Positions 40,201 through 52,200 of a stretch of DNA of 64,000 nucleotides are shown piece after piece. Each line of letters begins with the position of its first letter. The stretch's first letter is position 1. Under the pieces are notes generated by a model, which was not told the origin of the DNA, made no database searches, and was given only the letters and a program-made list of their open reading frames with translations. A program made the translations under genes and the position numbers. Source of the stretch: Podarcis erhardii. Taxonomy: Eukaryota. The stretch lies in NCBI GenBank assembly GCA_964252035.1, contig OZ176203.1, one strand, 5' to 3'.

Positions 40201-43200
40201 CAGTTTCAGCTCCTGTGCATGCTTGTAGAATAGAACCAGATATTTCTGAAAAGGCATGTTACAAATCAATATCCAAGGGGTGGTCCTTTATGTATGTTTT
40301 TGTTTCAGATTCCTCCCGCAGCTAGTGCATCTCAGCTTATACTTGTTGATCTAGTTTGTGCCCTAAATACTCTGAAGACAGACACTATATTGCAGCTTGT
40401 AAAAGAAGTTGTAAAGAAACCATCCCAAATCAAAGGTGAAGAGGTAGGTGTTGTTTTTACTCTGTCTATAATCTCTGTTACTCACAAGTTAGGAAGTTTC
40501 AATTGCTCACCAGCCTACTATATCAATGTTAAAAAATGGATTATTCATGGTTGTTGTCCCCACACTCCATGGAAAGAAAAGGCTGTAGTTCTGAGAGATA
40601 TCTTAACCTGATAAATTCCTTAAGTTGATTAGTTCTTTAATGAAGAAGTTAGTGAGAGGATAAAATGAGCTAAAAGGTGGGAATAGACCAGGAGCTCTTG
40701 GGTTTTGCCTCATCACTATTTAAAGGATTGTGAGCAGCATACAGAATTGATTAGCATGCAGATTTGGTCAGTCACATAGTAACTTGAGGGTTATCCAAGA
40801 CGGTAAACAAGAGGGTATATATCTGGGATAGCATGGCTAATTTGGGCTCTCTATTCAAACACCAAGTATCTTTCAAGGAACTGCAGGTGTCCCTGGTTTT
40901 TGTAAACAACTTGTAGGAAATTTGAAATTACAGTTTTATTTCTACAAAACCACTACTTAAACAAGTTTACTTAAAAGCAAGTCATCACTGAAATAATTTG
41001 TAGATTACAGTATTTTGCCTGTAATATGTTTCAAATTTTCTTTATTGTGTTTTCTTTGGAGTTGGGTAATAGGGTTTTTTCTTTATTTCCAGAAATCTTC
41101 TCTAGTGGATATCCCAGTTCTCCAGTTCTGCTATGCTTTCATACAAAGGTAAATGAGCTTATAGGCTGTTATACATTTCTACTTTGTTTTGAATCCAGTA
41201 ACTACAAACATTAGGTGAGACGCGGGTGGCGCTGTGGTCTAAACCACTGAGCCTTGGGCTTGCTGATCTGAAGGTCGGCGGTTCAAATCTCCACGACGGG
41301 GTGAACTCCTGTTGCTTGGTCCCATCTCCTGCCAACCTAGCAGTTTGAAAGCACGTCAAAGTGCAAGTAGATAAATAGGTACTGCTCCAGTGGGAAGGTA
41401 AACAGTGTTTCCGTGCACTGCTCTGGTTCGCCAGAAGCAGCTTAGTCATGCTGGCCACATGACCTGGAAGCTTTACACCGGCTCCCGCAGCCAGTAAAGC
41501 GAGATGAGCGCCGCAACCCCAGAGTCATCTGCAACTGGACCTAATGGTCAGGGATCCCTTTACCTTTAACTACAAACATTAATGCATTTGCTTTCTATTC
41601 TTTCCTCTTTTTTTTAATTGCACAGCATGCTTACAGTGATTTTATTTGGTCCTGATGCTGAGAACTATAGAACTACTTTGTTCAAATAGCATGAGCTACA
41701 AATAGCTCCCAAGTGCCCTATTACTGCAGTAAGATATTGTGAGGCATGGTAGCAACTTAATTCATTTTACCAGAGGTAGCAAATGCGTTGCAAAAACAGT
41801 AGGAATGATTAACTAACTAATTAACAAGCTAGTCAAAGTGTGCACCTCTACAAGATTTGCTGTGGTTTTCAGTTGAAGGCTCCTGGTCAAAAGTCATCCA
41901 AAAATCCAAACTAGAATGAGAAGGGAGCTCCAAAACTGCAAGCTGTAGCATTTAGGAGAGAGGCTCTTTGGTAAGAGGAGGGAAAAGACCATGTAGGTTG
42001 AAGAATTGTGAAAAGGACACAAGATCAGGATAGAAAGATAAGGAGTAGCACATCTTTGTTTTCATTATAAAGACTGCTTTCATTTCAGATTATTTCCAAC
42101 ACTGAGGTCATTGGTTCTTTCTGTCTTGTTTCACCTCTGAAGAATATACTATTCATTTAAATGAATACTTAATTTATGATGACAGTCTCCAGCTTTTGGA
42201 TTGTCTATTCTTTTCATCTTCATTGTAACCTGAGCTGCTTCAGCTTCATTATCATAACTGGGTCATAAATATTGTTGAGGCCAAGAAGAGGAATCTTGAC
42301 ACCATTTGGTACCTGGCTGAGAGAGAGGTTGTAAATCTTTCCCCTCCCTTTGTCATCCTAATTGCCCAGACTAACGGTGTCTACCTCTAAACAGGGAAAA
42401 TACACTCTTTAAAAGAAAAATAGTAATTCTGTAGTATCCCATATGGTGGGATTTATTAAAACATTTGGGACATTTCAAAACTTAGGCCATCCAGCCCTCT
42501 CTCTTAATAAAGTAAAATAAAAGATTAATTTCTCCTGAGGTACAAAGTTCCCAGTTTTGACAGCAAGGCAGTGTCAACCTTCCAACAATAAAACTGTAAA
42601 AGAATGACCCCCTGTGTTCAAGAATTTAAGGAACCATAAAAACTCCTTAAACTCCTTAAACTAATAGAACATAAAAGAAGGGAGATTGACTCACTAGAAA
42701 TTAATAGGACAATGATCAGCATCCTGTTCCCAAAACAATGTTTTTACAAATTTGAAGGGATAAGCCCCAGGTACTAGCAAACAGATGCAGGAAAAAATCA
42801 CTCAAAACAAAAATACATTGCCTCGCCCAGAAGGATGGCAATGTAACATTCTCCTCTAAAGAAGTAATCTCAGAATTTGTTGAATTGTACTCAAATATAT
42901 ACATCTCACAGAACCTGCCCAAACAGGGAATTAAAAATTTCCTGGCAGGATTGCCCGTGGCAACTTTATTAACAGCAGAGGAACAAGAATACATGGACAG
43001 CTTTATTACCCCAGAGGAAATAGAGAGTGTCTTCAAAGACCTAAAACAACACAAAGCCGCTTGCCCAGATGGCTTTACAGCAGAATTCAACAAGAAATTC
43101 AAAGAAACCCTGATGCCCCACATGACCAGCCTGTTTAATGACATCATAAAGGGGCCCCTATTCCTAAAACCTGGTCCTCTTCCAAAATAGTCTCTATCTC

Positions 43201-46200
43201 AAAGCTGTTCAAAGACATCCACAAAGTCAAATCATATTGCCCATGTGATACACAAAAACTTCCCCTAACAATAATGTATCAAATTGAATGTAACTGACCT
43301 ATATGAAGGACTCAACGTTTTGAAAACGGAGACACTGAATGTACATTTAAATTAAAAAATTGTCCGGTAGCACCTTAGAGACCAACTAAGTTTGTTCTGG
43401 GTATAAGCTTTCGTGTGCATGCACACTTCTTTTTTAGGGCCAATGAAACAATTTTTTAAAAAAATTCTTCCCTGAATCATACTTTTATTCTTGATGGTTC
43501 AGATTTTATCCATTTTGAAACTGGGTTTTTAATAGGGTACCCAACATAGTGTATAGTTGAAGGCAGTGTTACTTTTGCCATTTTAAATGTCCCAGAAATG
43601 TATTCGCTTAGGGATTCTTTTATTTCTCACTTCATCGTGAAGACTCTGAAGTAAGCTAGAGCACTTGTGTATTCACTGCTATCTCAACAAATTACATAAA
43701 TTGTCTGACAGCAAGAATATGATTAATGGTTAATCTTCAACATGAAACTGAACAAAATAGCCTTTCCTGTAAGCCCCTATCTGATACTTGCAGTGTGCAT
43801 GGTTTCAGTATTTTTCAGCACTGGAACTGATGGCTTTGTTTTTCCTCAGACTTCCTGTCATAGCCTTGCAGGAGAACTTCCAGTCGTTGTTAGGAGTGTT
43901 GAAGGAATCTGTGCAGCTAAATTTGGCACCACCTGGTTATTTCTTGCTTCTCAGGTACGGCAGCAGCAGTTGTTTTTGCACACTACAATTGTAGCACACT
44001 CATAATGTACACTAGTAGTGTAATGGTACACTAACTTGGGCTTATTCTTCTGCAGCACTCTGAATGATTTTGTGACTAGAACTCCAAACCAGGAAAACAA
44101 GAAGGATCAGAAAGACCTGCAGGTACTCCATAGCATGTTTTCAGTTCATGCATGTAGATCTTGATTTCTCCCTGCTCCCCGATGTAATGCACCAAACTTG
44201 ACTACTTAATGGAAGATATATGCTTAATAGTCCCAAACCACTAGCTTGTTGTGAAAAACGGGTTCTAAATTCAATCCATATAAATTGACTGCATCAGCAG
44301 GGGCTTGCGTTGAAGCAGGTACTAAGACAAAAGGGGAAAACCTTTGTTTTAGCAGGATCCTGCTACCTGTGATGTACAAATTAGGGACTTCAAAGCACTA
44401 AGTCACATGATGTCAGCTGACTGGCAGATGGGCAGCCCCATCCACCTGCCAAATTTTACCAAAGAAGCAGAACCATCTGGCCCATGGTTTCAAAACGGTT
44501 CTCTTCTGTGAGGCAGAACTGGGGGCTTTGGGGGATGATAAATCAAAGGTCCATACTTACCAGACTTGCTGTAAGTGAGTTTTGCAGTTTTCCATTGGAA
44601 GATTCCTGAGCAAAAATAGGGACAACCAAAAACATAATGAAATATTAAACACCATAAGAAAAATCTAGCCTCTCTAAGGCCTCTTAGCAAACAGACAAGC
44701 TTGCCCAAGGAAATGCAGAAATCACAGACCTGTTCTCCCCCTCCCCATAACACCAAGTCAGCACACCCTCATGGAAGGTGCTGTTGGGAGAGGGAGGGAA
44801 ACCAGTGTAAGCTAAAAGATGTAAGAAAACATTTAGAGAGTGCCCCCCCCTTCCCAAAGTCTCTCTCTTCTTTGCGTTTCCCTAATAGAAACCCTCCTTT
44901 CATTTCGGATCTCAAACCACATTCTGGTTCTCTCTGGTACCCCTGAGCAATTTCACTTCTCATTAATAATTAGTCCTTCATTAATTTATGACTTGTAGCA
45001 AGATACTCGCCTTCTTTGTTTCTTTTCCTTCACTTTCATCCTTAAATATTTCAGCTTTCCTTATCACAACTAAGTCATAAATTGTGCCAAAATCTGGATG
45101 AAGAACATTGAAACCAACTGGTTTCTAATTAAGATCTTGCCCATCTGTCTTACATTAATTGCACAAAACAAAAGCTTCTGTCTCTAAAATGGGAATAAAA
45201 TGTTGATAAAAGTAAAAAGAATCTTATGATGTAACAAGCATCACCAGGGACATGACAACACCACAACTTCAAGAGCCTAGTTCATCTCATTGATCCCTCC
45301 CCCCCCCCCAATTTATACCTGGGGTGTTTTCCCTTGAATACTCTTTCCCAGTTTAATTAAACAGAGGCATAGGTAATTCTTAAACGCTGAACAGGAAGCA
45401 TGGTATTAAAAGGTACCCAAAGATAAAAATGGATGAAAGTAATAAGGTATTTCATTACTGATTAAACAAAGTCTGTTTTTGTTCCAGCACAAACTCAAAA
45501 AGATCACAGAGATAAATTATCTTTTTTAATTAGCATAGGGAGTAACCTATTTTTAATTAGCATAGAGAGTAACCAGAATTTGCTCATCTAGGGGTCCCTT
45601 TGGTGCTACTATCAGAGAACTTTCAAACACCCATCTTCAAAGGAAGATATAGGGCCCATTGCTGTGTTTATCTCAAGTTTTGTATGGTAAGGATGATACC
45701 TGGGCATAATGATCATCATGGCTTCTTGTAATCAAACAGCAAACAGTTCTTACCAAACATTGGTTCATACCATAAGAGGAGCTCTTCCTTCTGTACTTTA
45801 CCCTTGAAACCAGAAAATAAGTCCAAAAAGAACATAGCCAACATGTAGCTATAGATCTACTATATGTCCAACAGAACTTTTAGGATGGCTTTTTAATAGA
45901 AAAATGAAAATTTCATTATTCTAATGGGCCAATAGGCATATCACAAATGCCTTGCAAACTGCACATCACACATTAGCCACACTGAACCTCCAGCAAGAGG
46001 TTCAGTATTTGGTGGGGAGGGGGAATGACTCTGTAGCATGTACTGCCTTCACAGAAATCAAATGGAGTAAAGTGATATTTTGGTTTGCCACTTGTCTCCC
46101 TTCTCACAATAAAACTTCTCACAAATATTACTTCCGTAAGACAAAATGCCCTGAGTGACGTCTATATGCACGAATCACTCGTCTCTCTTACTCTGCTTTC

Positions 46201-49200
46201 CCTTTCAGGAGGTAACCCAGAAAATATTGGAAGCCGTCGGGAATGTTGCTGGTTCTTCTCTAGAACAAACTAGCTGGCTGAGCAGGAATCTGGAGGTGAA
46301 AGCTCAGCCTCAGGTTGCTTTAGATGAACCTATGGCTGAAGATGATTTCTGCGGTAAGAAAAATGGAGAGAGTTCTATGGGCTAGCTGTTGTTTTATACA
46401 AGAATTTTAGTCCCACAGGTCTGCTTAAGGTGGAGGGAAGAAGTAGGATCGGACAATTATAAAACACTGGCCCTATAAGGAATGTTTAGGTTTCACACAA
46501 TGCTCTTCTACCAGCTTCCATTTTGGAGCACAAATTCATTTACCATATTTTTCGTCCCATAGGACGCTCCGTCCCATAGGACGCACCTAGTTTTTTGTGG
46601 GAGGAAATAAAGGGGGGGGATTCCTTTATTTCCCCCCCCCCAAAACCAGGTCGGGGAAACCGAACCAGGTTGAGGAACAGCGGGATGGCGGCGCTGCGCC
46701 TCCCTGCTGTCCCCCGAGCTTGTGGGGCTGGCCGATGCCTGCCCGACGCGCGGGGCGCTCTGCTTCAGTGCGCCCTGCCCGCCAGGCGGCAGGCTGCTAT
46801 CTGCAGAGTGGGGAGCCCTGCGGGGAACTCCTGCAGGGCTCCCCATGCTGCGGATGTCTGCCCGGCGCGAGGGACGCTCTGCTTCAGGGTGCTTCTCGCG
46901 CCGGGCGGCAGGCTGCTATCCGCAGCGTGGGGAGCCCTGCGGGGAACTCCTGCAGGGCTCCCCACGCTGCGGATGTCTGCCCGGCGCGAGGGTCGCTCTG
47001 CTTCAGGGCGCTCCTTGCGCCGGGCGGCAGGCTGCTATCCGCAGCGTGGGGAGCCCTGCGGGGAACTCCCGCAGGGCTGCCTAGGCTGCGGATGTGTTCC
47101 CGAAGTGCCGGGTGCTCTGCTTTCAGCGCGCCCGGCGCTCCGGGAAGCAGGCTGCTATCCGCAACCTAGACAGCCGTGCAGGAACTCCCGCAGGGCTGCC
47201 TAGGCTGCGGGTGTCTTCCTGAAGCCTGGAGAGCGAGAGGGGTCGGTGCGCACCGACCCCTCTCGCTCTCCAAGCTTCAGCGAAAGCCTGCATTCACCCC
47301 ATAGGACGCACCCAGATTTCCCCTTCATTTTTGGAGGGGAAGAAGTGCGTCCTATAGGGCAAAAAATATGGTAGCTGGATAACTGATAATATAGAACTGG
47401 AGAGGAGAAACAGCAGAGCTTTTCCATCACATCTGCTGAGACCAGTTGCCTTTAGCTCTTCCCCAGTTGTTCCCTAGAGGCATTCATTCAGTCAAGTTAC
47501 TTGAACTATTTCCGTCCCACATAGTTACTGTAAGATATGTGATTTTGAGAAGTACAGTGGTACCTCGGGTTACAGACACTTCAGGCTACAGACGCTTCAG
47601 GTAATAGACTCTGCTAACCCATAAATAGTACCTCAGGTTAAGAACTTTGCTTCAGGATGAGAACAGAAATCGTGCTCCGGCAATGCAGTGGCAGCTGGAG
47701 GCCCCATTAGCTAAAGTGGTGCTTCAGGTTAAGAACAGACCTCCAGAACGAATTAAGTTCTTAACCCGAGGTACTACTGTAATACCTGAGATTTCCTTTC
47801 CCCCTCCTCTCTCCCCATTCATTTTTCCATGAGTGTCTCATGCCTTTGGTACTGTGAGCTTGAAGGCAGGGGCTGTCATACTACTAATCTTTGTAAGCCC
47901 CTCTGGAACCCTATTTTTGGCTTAAGGTGGGGCAGAGATGCTTCAAATAATGCATTTTCATATCTGTCTGCCCCCTGAGTACTAACCACAGCACACAGAC
48001 TCTTTAGAAGGTAGATAATAGAAAAAAGGAAACAGTAAAAGTCATTAGGTTAACAAAGCCGGAGAGGTGTGTGTGTGTGACTTTTAAGATAAATTAGTTA
48101 TAGAATCAGTAGAAGATAAATGGATTGATATTCCCAAGTCAGGTTGAAACACTTTAAGAGGCGAAATCTCCTCAGAATTGTGCAAGCATTTGATGACACA
48201 AATATCCAGCAACCTTCTTCCTTCCATTATAGAGCTTCTCTTTTAAATAATTTACTTGATTTATCAGCTACTCTTCAACCAAAATATGTGACTTGCAAAA
48301 GTAAAAACATAAAATGGATCACTAAAAGGCCAATATAATTGAGAAGGTTTTCACTTGGTGCCAAAAAGAAAATGGGGATGGCACCGGCAGCTTCCCTTTA
48401 AAGGGCATTTTAAACTGCTAAATTCAGGGACTGGCAACACATTGCATTTTGTGTGCATAAATAAAGAGCCCCCAGCAGCTGTTTTTTCCATAAGGAAAAG
48501 CAGCTTGGGGTCTTTGTAGTTCTAACTACACATTAAATGCTGATGTGTTTAAGGGGGGGAAGCAAAGCCATGAGGTTGAACTTTAGAGCAGGAAAGCCAT
48601 TGGGGACCCAGGGGTACTCAATCCTTTATTGTCGGGTTGAAATAAACGACAGACGAGTGACAAGTGTCATATGGGAGGCATCTCCCGAGCATGTCTCGGG
48701 AAGTCCCTTTTATTGAATATTACAGCATTGCCACATATGTGCTTGTTGCTGATTGTTTAACACAAATACAATGCAAGGGTTGTATATAGGCATTAATCAT
48801 CAATAGATTAAAGGTTGGGAAAGGCAACACAGTATTGGACAGGCGTGAAAACCTCCTTATTAAACTATTACTAGTGATTGATATAGCAAGACTTAATCTA
48901 TTACTAGTGATTAATATATAGCATTCATCCGTAGATGTGGTCAACCAAGCACTAAGAACAGGTGAGGATGCAATGTCTCATGAACTCATGGTGAACTGAA
49001 CATTCTAGGGTGATGAAGGAATGTCTCAGCTTAAAATGGTTTTGCCAGAGTCATGTGCAGAAGCAAAACTTCCCATCACTTTATTTGCTTTTAATGCCCC
49101 ACACTGGGTTCTGAATGCTTGTTGCCTTCTGTTTGGTGAAGAACAGGCTGATTTGCTTGTTTTAAAGCATGTGGCTAGGCATTCAGACTAGATAAGTCTT

Positions 49201-52200
49201 GCCCAATGTCTTCAGAACAACTTTCTAACCAATGGTCTCCCCCCCAAAAAACCACCTCCTACTAATGGAAAATAGTTTAAGGGAGAGTATGAAAGAACAA
49301 TAAAATGTACCTTCTTCTACAGATACATCAGCAGTACCTTCTTCAATGGTCTCTGCCTCTGCCCCATCAGTGTACAGTGTTCAGGCCCTCTCTATCCTTG
49401 CAGAGGTGAGTCCTGATTTCTTTTTACTCTGAGAGGGAAACCGCTCTATAGCCACTATCCTTCCTATATATATGTTCCATAAGTGAAAGCTCTGCATGTT
49501 CACTGACCCTCCATTAACAGGCAGAGCTGCTTGAGCATACAGCGTTATGCCAGCCATGGAGGAGGGAAAAGGGGATGGATCAGTTGCATTGCTAATGTTT
49601 TGGAAATCTATCTGAAGAAGTGTGCATGCACACGGAAGCTCATACCAATAACAAACTTAGCTGGTCTCTAAGGTGCTACTGGAAGGAATTTTTTTTATTT
49701 TGTTTTGAAAATGTGACACTTCACAATTTTCAGGATTACTATGAAATCAGAAGAGCTGTTCTTTTTTAAATGGAGCATTCTTTCTCCATAGGTTCTTGCT
49801 TCCCTCCTGGATATGGTTTACCGGAGTGATGAAAAAGAGAAAGCAGTGCCTTTGATCTCGCGTTTGCTGTATTATGTGTTTCCTTACTTACGCAATCACA
49901 GGTAAATAATTTTTTCCTTACATCACCTATATGTAACTCATGCAATATACGCACCATACTTGGGGACCTAACTTGGGCAGATTCCTTGCTTCAAGGTCAA
50001 AGCTCTTCCAAGACAGTTGTTCTGTAATATACTTCATAGATCTGCCAAGCATTAAGTGATTGCCGCCTACTGCCAAGATAGCACACATGCTTCCTGAGAG
50101 TCAAGAGAATAGCAATTGTGACGCTTTTTTCTGATGGTGGGGAAATGGATGCTTGACTGGCATGGAAGTATGTGGGAATTTGGGAGGGTACAATGAGAAT
50201 TCAGGTTCAACTATGGAAACAGGAACTCCTCTCCAGTTGACAGTCCTGACTTACAAGATATGACTTAGCTTAAGGTTGCTCCTTGAATACAAATTAGCAA
50301 AGCAGCAATCTTATTGCCAGAGGTTAGAAATGTCAAAAGAGGAACATAATAATTTATCAGCCATGATCGGGTTCCTCTGCTTGCTGGTGTTACTGACTCC
50401 AGATCTGAGCTTAGAAAAGATAACACATCAATTTTCCTTGCAACTAACATAACTTTTTTGTTCAATCAATAAATATTTTATTGAATATCAACAAGATTAA
50501 AGTAGAATGTTGCTGTGAAGTCTGTCAGCTTTGGGAGCATGTGAGTGACATACGTATTTGGAAAGTAAGTGATTTGTCTGTTGTGTATGTTTGTTTACAG
50601 TGCCTACAATCTTCCTAGCTTTCGTGCTAGTACACAGTTGCTCAGTTCTTTAAGTGGCTATGCTTATACCAAGCGCGCATGGAAGAAAGATGTCTTAGAA
50701 CTATATATGGATCCAGCTTTCTTCCAGATGGATACTTCATGCATTCAGTAAGGTGTATGACTTGGGCAGTCTTGTTGTTGGCTTCTGAATATACAAATGG
50801 ATAAACTCCAGTAGATTACAGTGAAGTTGTACTTTTAATTTGGAATCTCTCTAAAGTTGCTAATTTTCCAGTGATTTCATTCAGAAAAACATTGGTCTTT
50901 AGAAAAAGAGCAGGTTATCATCATTGTGTTGAGAGAGTATTTTTAATTAAAACTTTGGTTACAATACTTCTACATCTATTCTAATACATTATTTTAAAGT
51001 TGTACAAGGCATGGTAAAAAACTAAAGTTGTCCCTCAGGACTGTTTCAATATCAATATGAAATTTTCTAAAGAGAAGTTAGACTGTCATGTGTAGGAAAT
51101 TGCGATAAACTGTGCAGCTTGGAGTTGTCAGTGTCTGCATTCATCATAAACTAAGCACAAGATTTGCACAATTTTACTGCCAAGCACCTGGTTGACTTTG
51201 AAAGAAATGTCATCTTCCTTTGTGCTTGCTTCACACAAGGGCCTAGAGGATTTAAACTTAAATTACACTAAACTTTACTTAATTGTTAAATTTCTTCAGT
51301 TGGCGAGCCATTATCGATCATCTTCTGACACATGAGAAAACTATGTTTAAAGATTTGATGAGTAAGTATTTTTTCATAATTATTATCCCATTACTTTTAA
51401 TAGAAAGTTCAAATCAAGAAGAAAACAACCAATTAAACTTTTTATCAAGGTAGCAGCTGTTTTTATATATAAAAACAACTTGATGTTAATAGCAATTCTG
51501 TTCTTGATTACAGCTATGCAGAGCAGTTCTTTAAAACTTTTTCCAAGTTTTGAGCAAAAGGCAATGTTGTTAAAGCGTCAGGCCTTTGCAGTTTTCAGTG
51601 GAGAAATTGATCAATATCACCTTTACCTTCCTTTAATACAAGGTGAGTGTTAAAGTTTGCATTGTTCACAGATGTTCAGTAAAAGATGTGAATGGAAAGA
51701 AGCATGCATACACATAGGCTCAGTTCATTTAACAACAAACCATTGTGTTACATAAACAATCCACAGACTCATATCCTCCTGCACTTCCTCTTTTACACCA
51801 AATCATATGAAATGGAAAGAACTGCAAATCAGGATAAAACAGGTTTGAAATTCTGATTTGGAGGGCAATCACAAAGCATAGTTTGCCAGTTAAAATGCAA
51901 CAACAAACTATGATCTGCCATGGAGGGGAGGGCATTGGAGCATGCAAGAAGGGAGACGGGGAGGGAGCATGAGCCTGGTGCTTGCTTATGCAAAAGTCAA
52001 ATTATGATTTGATATTACAGATGAACGGAGCCAAGTGAAGGTTCCAAGTTGGCAGCGAGGTGCATTGCTCACAGAATGAGGGTCTGTTGAGCTTTGACTT
52101 TCTCTAAATCTGAGGGATACAAATTCATCTTCTGATTTTAGAGACAGAGCTCTATACCCTTCAGAATAGTCTGACTGGAGTGGAAATTATAAAATAGTCT

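Noticed and set aside
41214-41300. tRNA-like A/B boxes, also at the other SINE heads
   Set aside because: They belong to Sauria SINE heads with TSDs and LINE-like tails; no complete cloverleaf.
46508-47203. Five overlapping 66-202 aa ORFs on both strands
   Set aside because: They arise from the GC-rich 119-bp tandem hairpin array inside a TIR element; the peptides are repetitive, lack stops only because of composition, and match no family I know.
48630-48947. Second possible solo LTR (TG...CA with minus-strand AATAAA)
   Set aside because: No TSD and weak terminal symmetry; it may be a repeat, but I cannot support a class.
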